46,058 nt of DNA from Elusimicrobiales bacterium. Its GTDB lineage: Bacteria > Elusimicrobiota > Elusimicrobia > Elusimicrobiales > UBA9959. Positions 26,622 through 35,936 of the stretch are shown piece by piece. The translations under genes and the position numbers were made by a program. The stretch is from assembly GCA_049972095.1 (NCBI GenBank), contig JBMFKQ010000009.1:1-46058 (forward strand). The letters are read 5' to 3'. Position 1 is the first letter of the stretch; the number at the start of each line of letters is the position of its first letter. Under the pieces are notes generated by a model that ran no database searches, was not told the origin of the DNA, and saw only the letters and a list, made by a program, of their open reading frames with translations.

Positions 26622-29044
26622 CTCTTACCCTTTTTAACATTTACAACAAGTGGTATGCTAAAACTAAAAACATTCTCCATAATCCTTTTTATCTCATGCT
26701 CATATTCAAAAACACGATCCTCTTTTATCTCAAAAAGAAGTTCATCGTGAATCTGAAGTAGAAGCTTTATATCAGCTCTGTCTTTTATATACCTGTATAT
26801 ATTAACCATTGCCTTTTTTATTATATCACTCGAACCACTTTGAACTGGCATATTTATAGCCATCCTCTCGCTCGCGCTTCTAAGAGATCTGTTTTTTGAA
26901 CTAATCTCAGGCACAATCCTTCTTCTACCAAAAAAATTAACAACATAACCATTATTTCTCGCATAATCAAGGGTGAAGTCAATCCACCTTTTTACCCCTT
27001 TATATGTCTCAAAATACCTTTTTATGTATTCAGATGCCGTGGTTCTGTCTATACCAAGCTCCATAGAAAGTCCAATAGGAGAAAGCCCATAGATAATCCC
27101 AAAATTAACCGTTTTTGCAATCTTTCTCATATCATCTGTAACATCGTTATAGCTTACACCAAATATTGATGATGCAGTTATTCTATGAACATCAAGGTTG
27201 TTTTTAAAAGCATTAACAAGCACCTCATCCTGGCTTAAATTCGCAATAACCCTTAGATCTATTTGAGAATAATCAAAAGATACAAAAACAAAGCCCTCAC
27301 TCGCAATAAACGCATCTCTTATTTTTATTGCCTCTTCATTTTTCACAGGCACATTCTGAAGATTTGGAGAGTGGCTTGCAAGCCTTCCAGTTGATGTTGT
27401 AACCTGATCAAAATGTGTATAGATCCTACCGCCTTTAACCTCAGCCAAAAGTTTTGACACAAAAGATGCAAGCTTTGAGTATTCTCTAAACCTCAGTATA
27501 ACTGATATAATATGAGGGTTATAAGGCATTATAAGCTTAAGAGCTTCCTCAGATGTTGAATATCTGCCGCCTTTAGTCTTAAACATCCTCTCATAATCAG
27601 GATCAAGTTTTATATTCATTTTTTTAAACAGAAAATCTGATAGCTGTTTTGGAGAGTTAAGGTTGATATCAATACCCGCAATATCCTTGAATCTCAGAGT
27701 CATTTCATTAGCTTTTTGAGTGTATATATCTCTAAGCTTTACAAGAAGATCAACATCAATCCTTACCCCCTCCTTTTCCATACGGTAAAGAACCTTTGAA
27801 AGCTCTTTTTCATTAAGATAAAGCTCTCTCATTCCAAAATCATCTATCTTTTTTAAAAAATCATCCATCATCCTTCTAAAATAAAAACCAGGGTGTTCTG
27901 TTCTAACACCAAAAACCTCCTCAACCATCCTATAAGGATCAGGTTTTCTTAATGCACCCCAAACAATGTGATATGCTATCATAATGTCTTCATAGTTTGT
28001 TATATCATCACTACCAATGGCAAAAAAAATATCCTTTGAGTTGTAAAGATATTTTTTAATTGAATCTTTAAAAAGAAGTTCTTTAACATAACTAACCTCT
28101 GTCTTAAAATCTTCAAAAAAAACAGAGTTCTCAAAAACGCTAATATAAGTAGGATTCAAGAATAGAAATTCATCCTTTCCAAGCTCTTTAAAACCCTCAT
28201 TTATCTCAGTCTTAAAACCAAGATCTGCTGCTATGTTTCTAAATTCAAATTTTGAAAGAACCTCTAATGCAGATTTTTTATCCATACGAACCCTAAAATC
28301 CTCTACACTATAATCAATATCAATATCATCTTTAAGCGAAACAAGGATTCTTGCCTTTTCAATAACATCCCTGCTTTCTTTTATCTTCCTTATATATTTT
28401 GAATCCTTTTCACTAAGAGGGGTTGAGAGTATCTTGTCAACAGACTCATAATCTGATATTATCTTTGCAGCAGTTTTTAGCCCTATTCCATTAACCCCAG
28501 CTATGTTATCAGAACTATCACCGCACAGAACAAGAAGATCCCTTATTGATGAAGGAGAAACACCATATTTTTCTAAAACATAATTAGAATCAAAATAACT
28601 TTCACTTTTTCCATCCCATAAAAAAACCTTTTCATTAATAAGTTGAAACAGATCTTTGTCTAATGAGGTTATGATAATTCTATCAACATTATAATAGAAT
28701 TTTTTAACAATAGATGCTATAATGTCATCCGCTTCATATCCTTCAAACTCAACATATTTAATCCCTAAACCACAAAGCGTTTCTTTTGACATTTCAATCT
28801 GTTTTATAAGCTCATCATCAATCTTCTTTCTGTTTGCTTTATAATCAGAAAAAATATCCTTCTTAATATTCCTTTTTGAATCATAACAGACCGCTATGTG
28901 TGAGGTTCTTTTAAGAATTTTTACAATGAGCCTTGTAAAACCGTAAAGAGCACCTACTTCGCTACCCTTCGATGTAGAAAGCTTTGGAAGTGCATAATAG
29001 CTTCTATAAAGAAAAGAGGATGCGTCTATTATAAAAAAATCCAC
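26603..29044 (-). CDS. polA: DNA polymerase I
   Basis: 5'-nuclease motifs (EADDII, DKD, GDSSDNI.GV.GIG.KTA); polymerase motifs TGRLAS..PNLQN, DYSQIDLR, KTVNFGIIYG, QIHDELLFE; shortened 3'-5' exonuclease region. Confidence 0.97.
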   Translation of the reverse strand: MDFFIIDASSFLYRSYYALPKLSTSKGSEVGALYGFTRLIVKILKRTSHIAVCYDSKRNIKKDIFSDYKANRKKIDDELIKQIEMSKETLCGLGIKYVEFEGYEADDIIASIVKKFYYNVDRIIITSLDKDLFQLINEKVFLWDGKSESYFDSNYVLEKYGVSPSSIRDLLVLCGDSSDNIAGVNGIGLKTAAKIISDYESVDKILSTPLSEKDSKYIRKIKESRDVIEKARILVSLKDDIDIDYSVEDFRVRMDKKSALEVLSKFEFRNIAADLGFKTEINEGFKELGKDEFLFLNPTYISVFENSVFFEDFKTEVSYVKELLFKDSIKKYLYNSKDIFFAIGSDDITNYEDIMIAYHIVWGALRKPDPYRMVEEVFGVRTEHPGFYFRRMMDDFLKKIDDFGMRELYLNEKELSKVLYRMEKEGVRIDVDLLVKLRDIYTQKANEMTLRFKDIAGIDINLNSPKQLSDFLFKKMNIKLDPDYERMFKTKGGRYSTSEEALKLIMPYNPHIISVILRFREYSKLASFVSKLLAEVKGGRIYTHFDQVTTSTGRLASHSPNLQNVPVKNEEAIKIRDAFIASEGFVFVSFDYSQIDLRVIANLSQDEVLVNAFKNNLDVHRITASSIFGVSYNDVTDDMRKIAKTVNFGIIYGLSPIGLSMELGIDRTTASEYIKRYFETYKGVKRWIDFTLDYARNNGYVVNFFGRRRIVPEISSKNRSLRSASERMAINMPVQSGSSDIIKKAMVNIYRYIKDRADIKLLLQIHDELLFEIKEDRVFEYEHEIKRIMENVFSFSIPLVVNVKKGKRWGGLK

Positions 29045-29102
29045 AATGCTAAACCTAAAAATATCTTTAGATTAGATAAAAATATTCAACCCAAAATAAA
29101 AA

Positions 29103-29420
29103 TCAGATAATCTCGTCAAGAACTTTCTTAATCTCTTCTTTTGGCACCACTCCAACTATTTCCTTAACAATCTTTCCATCTTTAAAGAAAAGAAGAGTTG
29201 GTATTGCAGTTATTTGATAGTCGGAGGCTGATTGTGGATTTTCATCTGTATTAATCTTTACAACCTTTGCTTTTCCTTCATACTCTGATGCTACTTCATC
29301 TATGATCGGTGCTATCATTCTGCATGGACCACACCACGGTGCCCAAAAATCTACAAGTACAGGAAGAGGGGAATTAAGAACCTCCTCTTTAAATGTGTTG
29401 TCTGTTACACTACTTGCCAT
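29103..29420 (-). CDS. trxA: Thioredoxin
   Basis: [20 protein letters not shown] at 29420 follows AGGAGG. Confidence 0.97.
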   Translation of the reverse strand: MASSVTDNTFKEEVLNSPLPVLVDFWAPWCGPCRMIAPIIDEVASEYEGKAKVVKINTDENPQSASDYQITAIPTLLFFKDGKIVKEIVGVVPKEEIKKVLDEII

Positions 29421-29465
29421 ATAATCTCCTCCTTTCTTGATGAATCTAATCACCCTTTTAAAAAA

Positions 29466-29496
29466 ATTTTAGCATAATCAAATCAACTCTTGTCAA
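29466..29496 (-). promoter_or_regulatory. Probable trxA promoter
   Basis: TTGACA (29496-29491), 19-nt spacer, TGn-TAAAAT (29471-29466); spacer is longer than usual. Confidence 0.4.
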
Positions 29497-29525
29497 GTTT
29501 TTCTATAACTTGATCAATCCTTTTT

Positions 29526-30728
29526 TTAACCCTGTTTTGATGCAATCTCGCCCATTTCAAACATAGGTATAAACATCGCAATAACTATAAAACCTATAAC
29601 AACTCCCATAAAAACCATAACAAGCGGTTCTATCATTGAGGTTAGCCCTTTAACAGCGGTTTCAACCTCCTGATCATAAAAATCAGCTATTTTAAAAAGC
29701 ATTGCATCAAGATTTCCAGTCTCCTCACCAACTGAAATCATCTGAACAACCATCTCCGGAAAAATTCCACCTTTTTTTAGAGGCTCTGATATCTTGCCCC
29801 CCTCCTTTATAGATTTCATACTCTCCATTATAATATCCTCTATAATCGTGTTTCCACTTGTTTTTGCAACGGTCTCAAGTCCCTGAAGTATTGGAACACC
29901 TGATTTTATAAGAGTTGCAAGGGTTCTTGAAAACTTAGCTATTGCAACTTTTTTGAGAAGAATTCCAAAGATAGGCAGATTAAGCATTATGTAATCAAAT
30001 CTTCTTCTACCTTTTGGTGTAGATATATATCTTTTGAGAATATAATAAAATCCAAATCCGGCTAAAACAAGAAAGATCAGATACCTTTTAAGCATATCAG
30101 ATACAAATATAACTGCCCTTGTTATTAAAGGAAGTTCAGTTCCAAATCCTTCAAATATACCCTTGAATATTGGTATAACATAAATGACGAGGAATATTGT
30201 TATAACTATTGCTATAGCACCAACAACCATCGGATATATCATGGCGCTTTTAACCTTTTCCTTAAGAGCCTGGGATGACTCAAGATAAATCGAAAGTCTA
30301 TCAAGTATAACATCAAGAACACCACCTAACTCACCTGCTCTTATCATTGAAACATAAAGCTCTCCAAAAATTTTGGGATGTTTTGCCATTGCATCTGATA
30401 TTGAAAGTCCACCCTCAATATCCTTTTTTATCGTTCTAATAACCTTTGCAAAATTCAAATTTTCAGACTGTGATTCGAGTATTGATAAACTTTGAATTAT
30501 TGGAACACCGCTTGAAACGAGGGTTGAAAGCTGCCTTGAAAATATAGCTATATCTTTGGATGAGATCTTAGCTTTTTTTAGTTTTCTTTTAACAGGCACA
30601 ATATCTACTACTTGAAGCCTCTTTGCTTTTAGATTCAATATTGCTTTTTCCTTTGATTCTGCCTCAATCTCACCTTCAACTATCTTATTATTTTTGGTTG
30701 GATCTTTAGCTCTGTAGATAAAAATCAT
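29526..30728 (-). CDS. pilC: Type IV pilus platform protein PilC (T2SS F family)
   Basis: FSRQLSTLVSSGVPI, AGELGG.LD, KSAMIYP, VGEETG.LD.ML, MIEP. Confidence 0.93.
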   Translation of the reverse strand: MIFIYRAKDPTKNNKIVEGEIEAESKEKAILNLKAKRLQVVDIVPVKRKLKKAKISSKDIAIFSRQLSTLVSSGVPIIQSLSILESQSENLNFAKVIRTIKKDIEGGLSISDAMAKHPKIFGELYVSMIRAGELGGVLDVILDRLSIYLESSQALKEKVKSAMIYPMVVGAIAIVITIFLVIYVIPIFKGIFEGFGTELPLITRAVIFVSDMLKRYLIFLVLAGFGFYYILKRYISTPKGRRRFDYIMLNLPIFGILLKKVAIAKFSRTLATLIKSGVPILQGLETVAKTSGNTIIEDIIMESMKSIKEGGKISEPLKKGGIFPEMVVQMISVGEETGNLDAMLFKIADFYDQEVETAVKGLTSMIEPLVMVFMGVVIGFIVIAMFIPMFEMGEIASKQG

Positions 30729-30734
30729 TTCCTG

Positions 30735-31808
30735 TTAGCTTCCAAGAGCAGTTTTTTGAAGAAGCTTTTTAAAATCCTCAGGGTCAGGTGATCTGTTTAT
30801 AGCCTCCTGGTATGTTATCTTACCTTTTCTATAAAGCTCAACAAGAGACTGGTTCATTGTTACCATTCCAAATTTGCCACCTGTTTGTATTATAGTGTTT
30901 ATCTGCTCTATTTTTCTCTCTCGTATAAGGTTTCTAACCGCTGATGTTGCTATAAGAACCTCACATGCAAGAACCCTCCCCTTTCCTGTTGCAGCAGAAA
31001 CAAGCTGTTGCGCATAAACAGCCTGAAGAACAAATGAAAGCTGAACCCTTATCTGTTCCTGCTGGTGTGGCGGGAAGACATCTATTATTCTGTTTATTGT
31101 CTGAGCCGCATCTGATGTATGTAAAGTTGCAAAGACAAGATGCCCTGTTTCTGCTATATTAAGAGCTGCACTTATTGTCTCAAGGTCTCTCATCTCACCT
31201 ATAAGTATAACATTTGGATCCTGCCTAAGAACATGCCTCAATGCTTGAGCAAAAGATTCAGTATCGGCACCAATCTCTCTTTGGTTAACTATACTCTTTT
31301 TATGAGCATGAACATATTCTATAGGATCCTCTATTGTCATTATGTGATAGTTTTCATTCTCATTTAGATAGTCTATCATAGATGCAAGAGTTGTAGACTT
31401 ACCAGAGCCTGTTGGGCCGGTGACAAGCACAAGTCCCTTTTGAAGCTTCATTATATCATATGTGACAGGAGGAAGTCCAAGCTCTTCAAAAGACATAAAT
31501 TTATTCGGTATTGCTCTTATTGCAGCTCCTACTACACCTCTTTGACGGTAAACATTCATTCTAAGCCTACCAAGCCCTTTTATGCCAAAAGCAAAATCAA
31601 GTTCATTTGATGCTTCAAACTTCTGTCTTTGAGAATCAGTCATAAGAGAAAATATTAGTGTCTGACACATCTCTGGTGTAAGTTTCTCATAGGGAGTTGC
31701 CACAAGCTCACCATCAATCCTCAGCATTGGTGGGGCACCTGCTGTAAGATGTAAGTCGCTTGCTTTTTTTTCATGCATCAGTATGAAGAGGTCACTCATT
31801 GTAACCAT
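30735..31808 (-). CDS. pilT: Type IV pilus retraction ATPase PilT
   Basis: ASDLHL, GPTGSGKSTT, TIEDPIE, LRQDP, AETGHLV..TLHT, AVRNLIRE. Confidence 0.95.
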   Translation of the reverse strand: MVTMSDLFILMHEKKASDLHLTAGAPPMLRIDGELVATPYEKLTPEMCQTLIFSLMTDSQRQKFEASNELDFAFGIKGLGRLRMNVYRQRGVVGAAIRAIPNKFMSFEELGLPPVTYDIMKLQKGLVLVTGPTGSGKSTTLASMIDYLNENENYHIMTIEDPIEYVHAHKKSIVNQREIGADTESFAQALRHVLRQDPNVILIGEMRDLETISAALNIAETGHLVFATLHTSDAAQTINRIIDVFPPHQQEQIRVQLSFVLQAVYAQQLVSAATGKGRVLACEVLIATSAVRNLIRERKIEQINTIIQTGGKFGMVTMNQSLVELYRKGKITYQEAINRSPDPEDFKKLLQKTALGS

Positions 31809-31895
31809 ATGCTCTCCCCTATTAAATTGCTGGAACTTTTATTAAAAGATAAACATTCAGATACCATTAAAAATATAATATAAATTATTTTAATC

Positions 31896-33656
31896 TCAAT
31901 CAACATCGCTTGCTGTTACCCTAATAACCTCCTCAACAGTTGTAAGCCCTGCGATCATCTTTCTGAATGCTGATTCTCTGAGAGTCATCATTCCGTGTTT
32001 TCTTGCTACCTCTTTTATCTTTGATGCGGATGCCTTTTCAACTATAAGCTGCCTTATTGGGTCAGATATCTCAAGTATCTCATGTATTCCAACTCTACCT
32101 CTGTATCCTGTGCCAACACATTTTTCACATCCTTTGCCTTTATAAAGAATTATCTTACCATCCCTTATATTTTGTTCAACCATAGCCTTAGGCATACCAA
32201 GCCCTGAAAGAAACTCCGGTTTTATCTCGTAGGCTTGTTTACAGTTTTTACATATTACTCTTACAAGTCTTTGAGCAACAATCATCAGCAGAGTTGATGA
32301 TACAAGAAAAGGTTCTATACCCATCATTATTATTCGCGTTATTGCACCTGGTGCATCATTTGTATGAAGGGTAGAAAAAACAAGATGACCAGTCATCGCG
32401 GCATTTATTGCTATCGACATAGTTTCAAAATCTCTTATTTCACCAACCATTATGATATCAGGATCTTGTCTTAAAAAGGATCTAAGTCCTTGAGCAAACG
32501 TAAGCCCAACATCAGGATTAACATTTACTTGATTTATACCCTCAAGGTTAAACTCAACTGGATCTTCTATTGTTGATATATTCACATCAGGGGTGTTAAG
32601 AGTTGAAAGAGCTGAGTATAAAGTTGTTGATTTGCCTGAACCTGTAGGACCCGTTATAAGGTTTATACCGTATGGAGCTCTTATGCACCTTGAAAATATA
32701 GCAAGATTCTCAGGTTCAAATCCAAGCTCTTCAAGCCTTAGTTTAAGTCCTGAGGAATCAAGTATTCTCATAACAACCTTTTCTCCATAGACACAAGGAA
32801 GAACTGAAACCCTGAGATCTACCTCCTTATTTGAAAACTTGAGTTTAATCCTTCCATCCTGAGGAATCCTTTTTTCAGATATATCAAGATTAGCCATTAT
32901 CTTAATCCTTGAGACTATTGCATTGTGAAACTTTTTGGGAATTGATGGTTGAGGATGAAGAACACCATCTATTCTAAATCTTACCTTGGTCTCCTTATAC
33001 GATGGCTCTATATGGATATCAGAGGCATATGCCTTTATGGCAGATGATATTATTATATTCACCATCTTTATTATGGGAGCCATCTCCTCCTTGCTTTCAA
33101 GATTCACAACTTCTTTATCATTTTCTTTTTTCTCAGTGATAAGTAGATCTGCATCACCTTCATCCACAGAGGTTTTTTTAAATATCTCATCAAGTGCCTG
33201 TTTTGATGACTCAGCTCCATAGTATTTATCTATTGCTGTCTGTATGTCGCTTTCAAGGGCAAAAACTGGCTCCACATCATAGCCTGTCATCATCTTTAAT
33301 TCATCAAGAACAACTATATTAAGCGGATCAGCCATTGCAATGCTAAGATGATTTCCTTTCTTTTCAAAAGCTATAAGAGAATATCTTCTTGCAGTTGCCT
33401 CAGGTACTATATTTACAACATCATGAGGTATCTCAATCTGTGAAAGCTCTATGAATCTTATTGAAAACTGTTTGCTTAAAAATTCAAGAAGTTGCTTTTC
33501 AGTTATATATCCCTTCTCTATAAGAATCTGACCAAGTTTAAGACCACTTCTTTTCTGAAACTCAATAGCCTCTAAAAGCTGCTCGTGGGTTATAAGCGAG
33601 TTTGAAACAAGAATTTCTCCGAGTTTTCTTGAGATATTAATTTTAAAATTTACCAT
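31896..33656 (-). CDS. pilB: Type IV pilus extension ATPase PilB with N-terminal MshEN domain
   Basis: KLGEIL/KLGQIL repeats, ASDIHIEP, PQDGR, GPTGSGKSTT, LRQDPD, CKNC/CEKC zinc motif. Confidence 0.94.
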   Translation of the reverse strand: MVNFKINISRKLGEILVSNSLITHEQLLEAIEFQKRSGLKLGQILIEKGYITEKQLLEFLSKQFSIRFIELSQIEIPHDVVNIVPEATARRYSLIAFEKKGNHLSIAMADPLNIVVLDELKMMTGYDVEPVFALESDIQTAIDKYYGAESSKQALDEIFKKTSVDEGDADLLITEKKENDKEVVNLESKEEMAPIIKMVNIIISSAIKAYASDIHIEPSYKETKVRFRIDGVLHPQPSIPKKFHNAIVSRIKIMANLDISEKRIPQDGRIKLKFSNKEVDLRVSVLPCVYGEKVVMRILDSSGLKLRLEELGFEPENLAIFSRCIRAPYGINLITGPTGSGKSTTLYSALSTLNTPDVNISTIEDPVEFNLEGINQVNVNPDVGLTFAQGLRSFLRQDPDIIMVGEIRDFETMSIAINAAMTGHLVFSTLHTNDAPGAITRIIMMGIEPFLVSSTLLMIVAQRLVRVICKNCKQAYEIKPEFLSGLGMPKAMVEQNIRDGKIILYKGKGCEKCVGTGYRGRVGIHEILEISDPIRQLIVEKASASKIKEVARKHGMMTLRESAFRKMIAGLTTVEEVIRVTASDVD

Positions 33657-33664
33657 CAAATATC

Positions 33665-33693
33665 ATTATATCTTATTAACCCAACTCCTTCAA
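33665..33693 (-). promoter_or_regulatory. pilB promoter, leaderless or near-leaderless
   Basis: TTGAAG (33693-33688), 17-nt spacer, TATAAT (33670-33665), 8 nt before the ATG, no SD. Confidence 0.55.
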
Positions 33694-33721
33694 TCAAATT
33701 TTAACCTTTAACTAAAAAACC

Positions 33722-35881
33722 CTAAAACATCTCATCATCGCTTTCAATATGTTTATCAATACCAACCCTTTTAATACTGGCAGACTTTGTCAGTGAGTTT
33801 TTCTTACCTGCAAGGAGGTTTATAGCATTGTTGTTTATTCCCCTTACTATCTCTTTTTTGTCAACATCAACCTCAAAAAGATATACAACAGGCTCTGCGC
33901 GATATCTCAAAAACCGATACTGTACCACAAAAACACTACCGCTTAGATATGTTGCATTCCATTCTTCTTTACCCCTAACCCCTGATGCCACCGTATTTGA
34001 AAGCCATCTCTCAATACTCCCTTTCCCATCACCAAGATTGTGATTTTTTACTATCTCTATGGCATTTTTAACATTCTCATTTATCTTTGCTATCTTGATC
34101 TCATCCTCCTTTTCACTAACACTGTTAGTAGCTTGGTCTAACTCTTTTATAGTTTTAGATACTGGGGTTTGGGAAGAAACTTGAGTCTGATATATATTAG
34201 CAATAGACTGTATTTTTGCTTGATTTACATCTCCACCACTTCTTAAAATATAAACGAGAGCGAAAAAGAATACAATAACACCAACCCCAGCCACCAATAT
34301 AATCCTTGAACCCTTTTTCTCCCTTATAGTAATACTTCCTTCCTTAGTTCTTTGTAAATCTTTATTGGTAAAAAACTTATCATCTGCCTTTATCTCACTG
34401 CCTTTAGGGAGAACAAAAGTATCCTTAGATTTAAAATCACCTTGAGCTGACAAGGAAGGTTGATTTAGCTCTACTGACTGAACTGTTTGTGAAATACTAT
34501 CTGATTTTACCTCTTCATCCTTACTATTCTCTTTACTAATAACATCTGTATCTTCTTTCCTTTTTAAAGGCTTGATTGGACAAGATGAAATTTCATGATG
34601 TAAATCTTTCTCAATAACAGCCTCTTTATCTATCTCTTTGCTAACCTTATCATTCAAGCTTACTATAGCCTGTGGTGAAGAAGGGATAGGTTCTATTCTG
34701 GAGGTTTCAATTTTATCAAGTTTTGTCTCAACAGATTCAAAACTAACATCAGCAATCTGGAAAAGTGCTTCATTTTCAATGGTTTTTTCTGACTGAAGTG
34801 ATGCAACTGGTATATCTATACTATCAAGCACATTTGATCTGCTATCATCATCTTCTATAAGAATAGAACTGTCTATTTTTTCAAGTGGCTTAAATTGAGT
34901 AAAATTCTTATCCGAACTACCTTCACTTTGCATCTCAGCGCTCTTACTATTAGCTATAAGATCCTCTTTTTCACTACTTGTTGAGGTATTATTTAATGTT
35001 TTTATTTCATTAAAAGAGATTGAATCTAATTGTTGTAAACTAGATTTAGAATCACTATCCTTTTTAGAAATTTTGTTGGTATCCTCAAAATCCAAATCTT
35101 TTGGTAAAACTATTTCTTTTTTCTCTTCTTCCTTATTGTCATCAGATCCTTCACCAACATCAAAAGTCATAATCTGTGTTATATTATTATCAATGTTTAA
35201 AAGTGAAGGTGTGGTCTGTGTCAAACTGCTTACAGCTTCATTATCAGAGCTTTGTGGTTCTTTCAGTAAATTGCTACGATGGAACTGAATTTCTTTTTTT
35301 AAATCTTCAATCTCGGTTTCCTTTTCTTTTAAGGTTTTTTCATAACTTTTTATCTTCTCATCAAATATTTTTTTATCCTCCTCCCTAAACTTTTTTATCT
35401 CTTCTATCTCATTCTCAAGCCTTTCTATAACTGAATCCTTCGCTTTTAAACTTTCTTCATACTCCTTTATAACACTAAGCGCTTTTGAAAGCTTTTCATC
35501 TAATTCCTTTATGTTTCTCTCAAGCTTATATATTTTTTCTCTATAATTAACCAAATCACGAGATCCAATTCTTCTTCTCTCTTCCTCAACAATTCTTTCA
35601 ACATCATAGTCATCCTCATTGGTTTTAGATAACTGGGATGTAGTTGAAAGGTTTAAAATAGAATGTAAATCAAAATCCTCAACTGCAATTGAAGTTTCTC
35701 TCCCTTCTATATAAGGATCAAACTCTGAAAGCTCTTTTGCAAAGTACCAACTTGAAGGTTTTTCAGCTGACATCTCACTTGGACAGACAAGAAGATTACT
35801 ATATACATAGTTTTTCTCAACTATCTCTTTTATTGTAAAAGGTCCCTCAACACAATTATTCACAAAAACCCAGTATCTCAT
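33722..35881 (-). CDS. Bitopic membrane protein: N-terminal GYF_2-like domain, coiled coil, acidic low-complexity linker, TM helix, C-terminal domain
   Basis: MRYWVFVNNCVEGPFTIKEI; heptad-rich E/K segment; TM IILVAGVGVIVFFFALVYIL. Confidence 0.7.
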   Translation of the reverse strand: MRYWVFVNNCVEGPFTIKEIVEKNYVYSNLLVCPSEMSAEKPSSWYFAKELSEFDPYIEGRETSIAVEDFDLHSILNLSTTSQLSKTNEDDYDVERIVEEERRRIGSRDLVNYREKIYKLERNIKELDEKLSKALSVIKEYEESLKAKDSVIERLENEIEEIKKFREEDKKIFDEKIKSYEKTLKEKETEIEDLKKEIQFHRSNLLKEPQSSDNEAVSSLTQTTPSLLNIDNNITQIMTFDVGEGSDDNKEEEKKEIVLPKDLDFEDTNKISKKDSDSKSSLQQLDSISFNEIKTLNNTSTSSEKEDLIANSKSAEMQSEGSSDKNFTQFKPLEKIDSSILIEDDDSRSNVLDSIDIPVASLQSEKTIENEALFQIADVSFESVETKLDKIETSRIEPIPSSPQAIVSLNDKVSKEIDKEAVIEKDLHHEISSCPIKPLKRKEDTDVISKENSKDEEVKSDSISQTVQSVELNQPSLSAQGDFKSKDTFVLPKGSEIKADDKFFTNKDLQRTKEGSITIREKKGSRIILVAGVGVIVFFFALVYILRSGGDVNQAKIQSIANIYQTQVSSQTPVSKTIKELDQATNSVSEKEDEIKIAKINENVKNAIEIVKNHNLGDGKGSIERWLSNTVASGVRGKEEWNATYLSGSVFVVQYRFLRYRAEPVVYLFEVDVDKKEIVRGINNNAINLLAGKKNSLTKSASIKRVGIDKHIESDDEMF

Positions 35882-35936
35882 ATCAAATATATGATACAGG
35901 AGTGTGTATACAAAAATATGAAAAAAATGTTACAAA

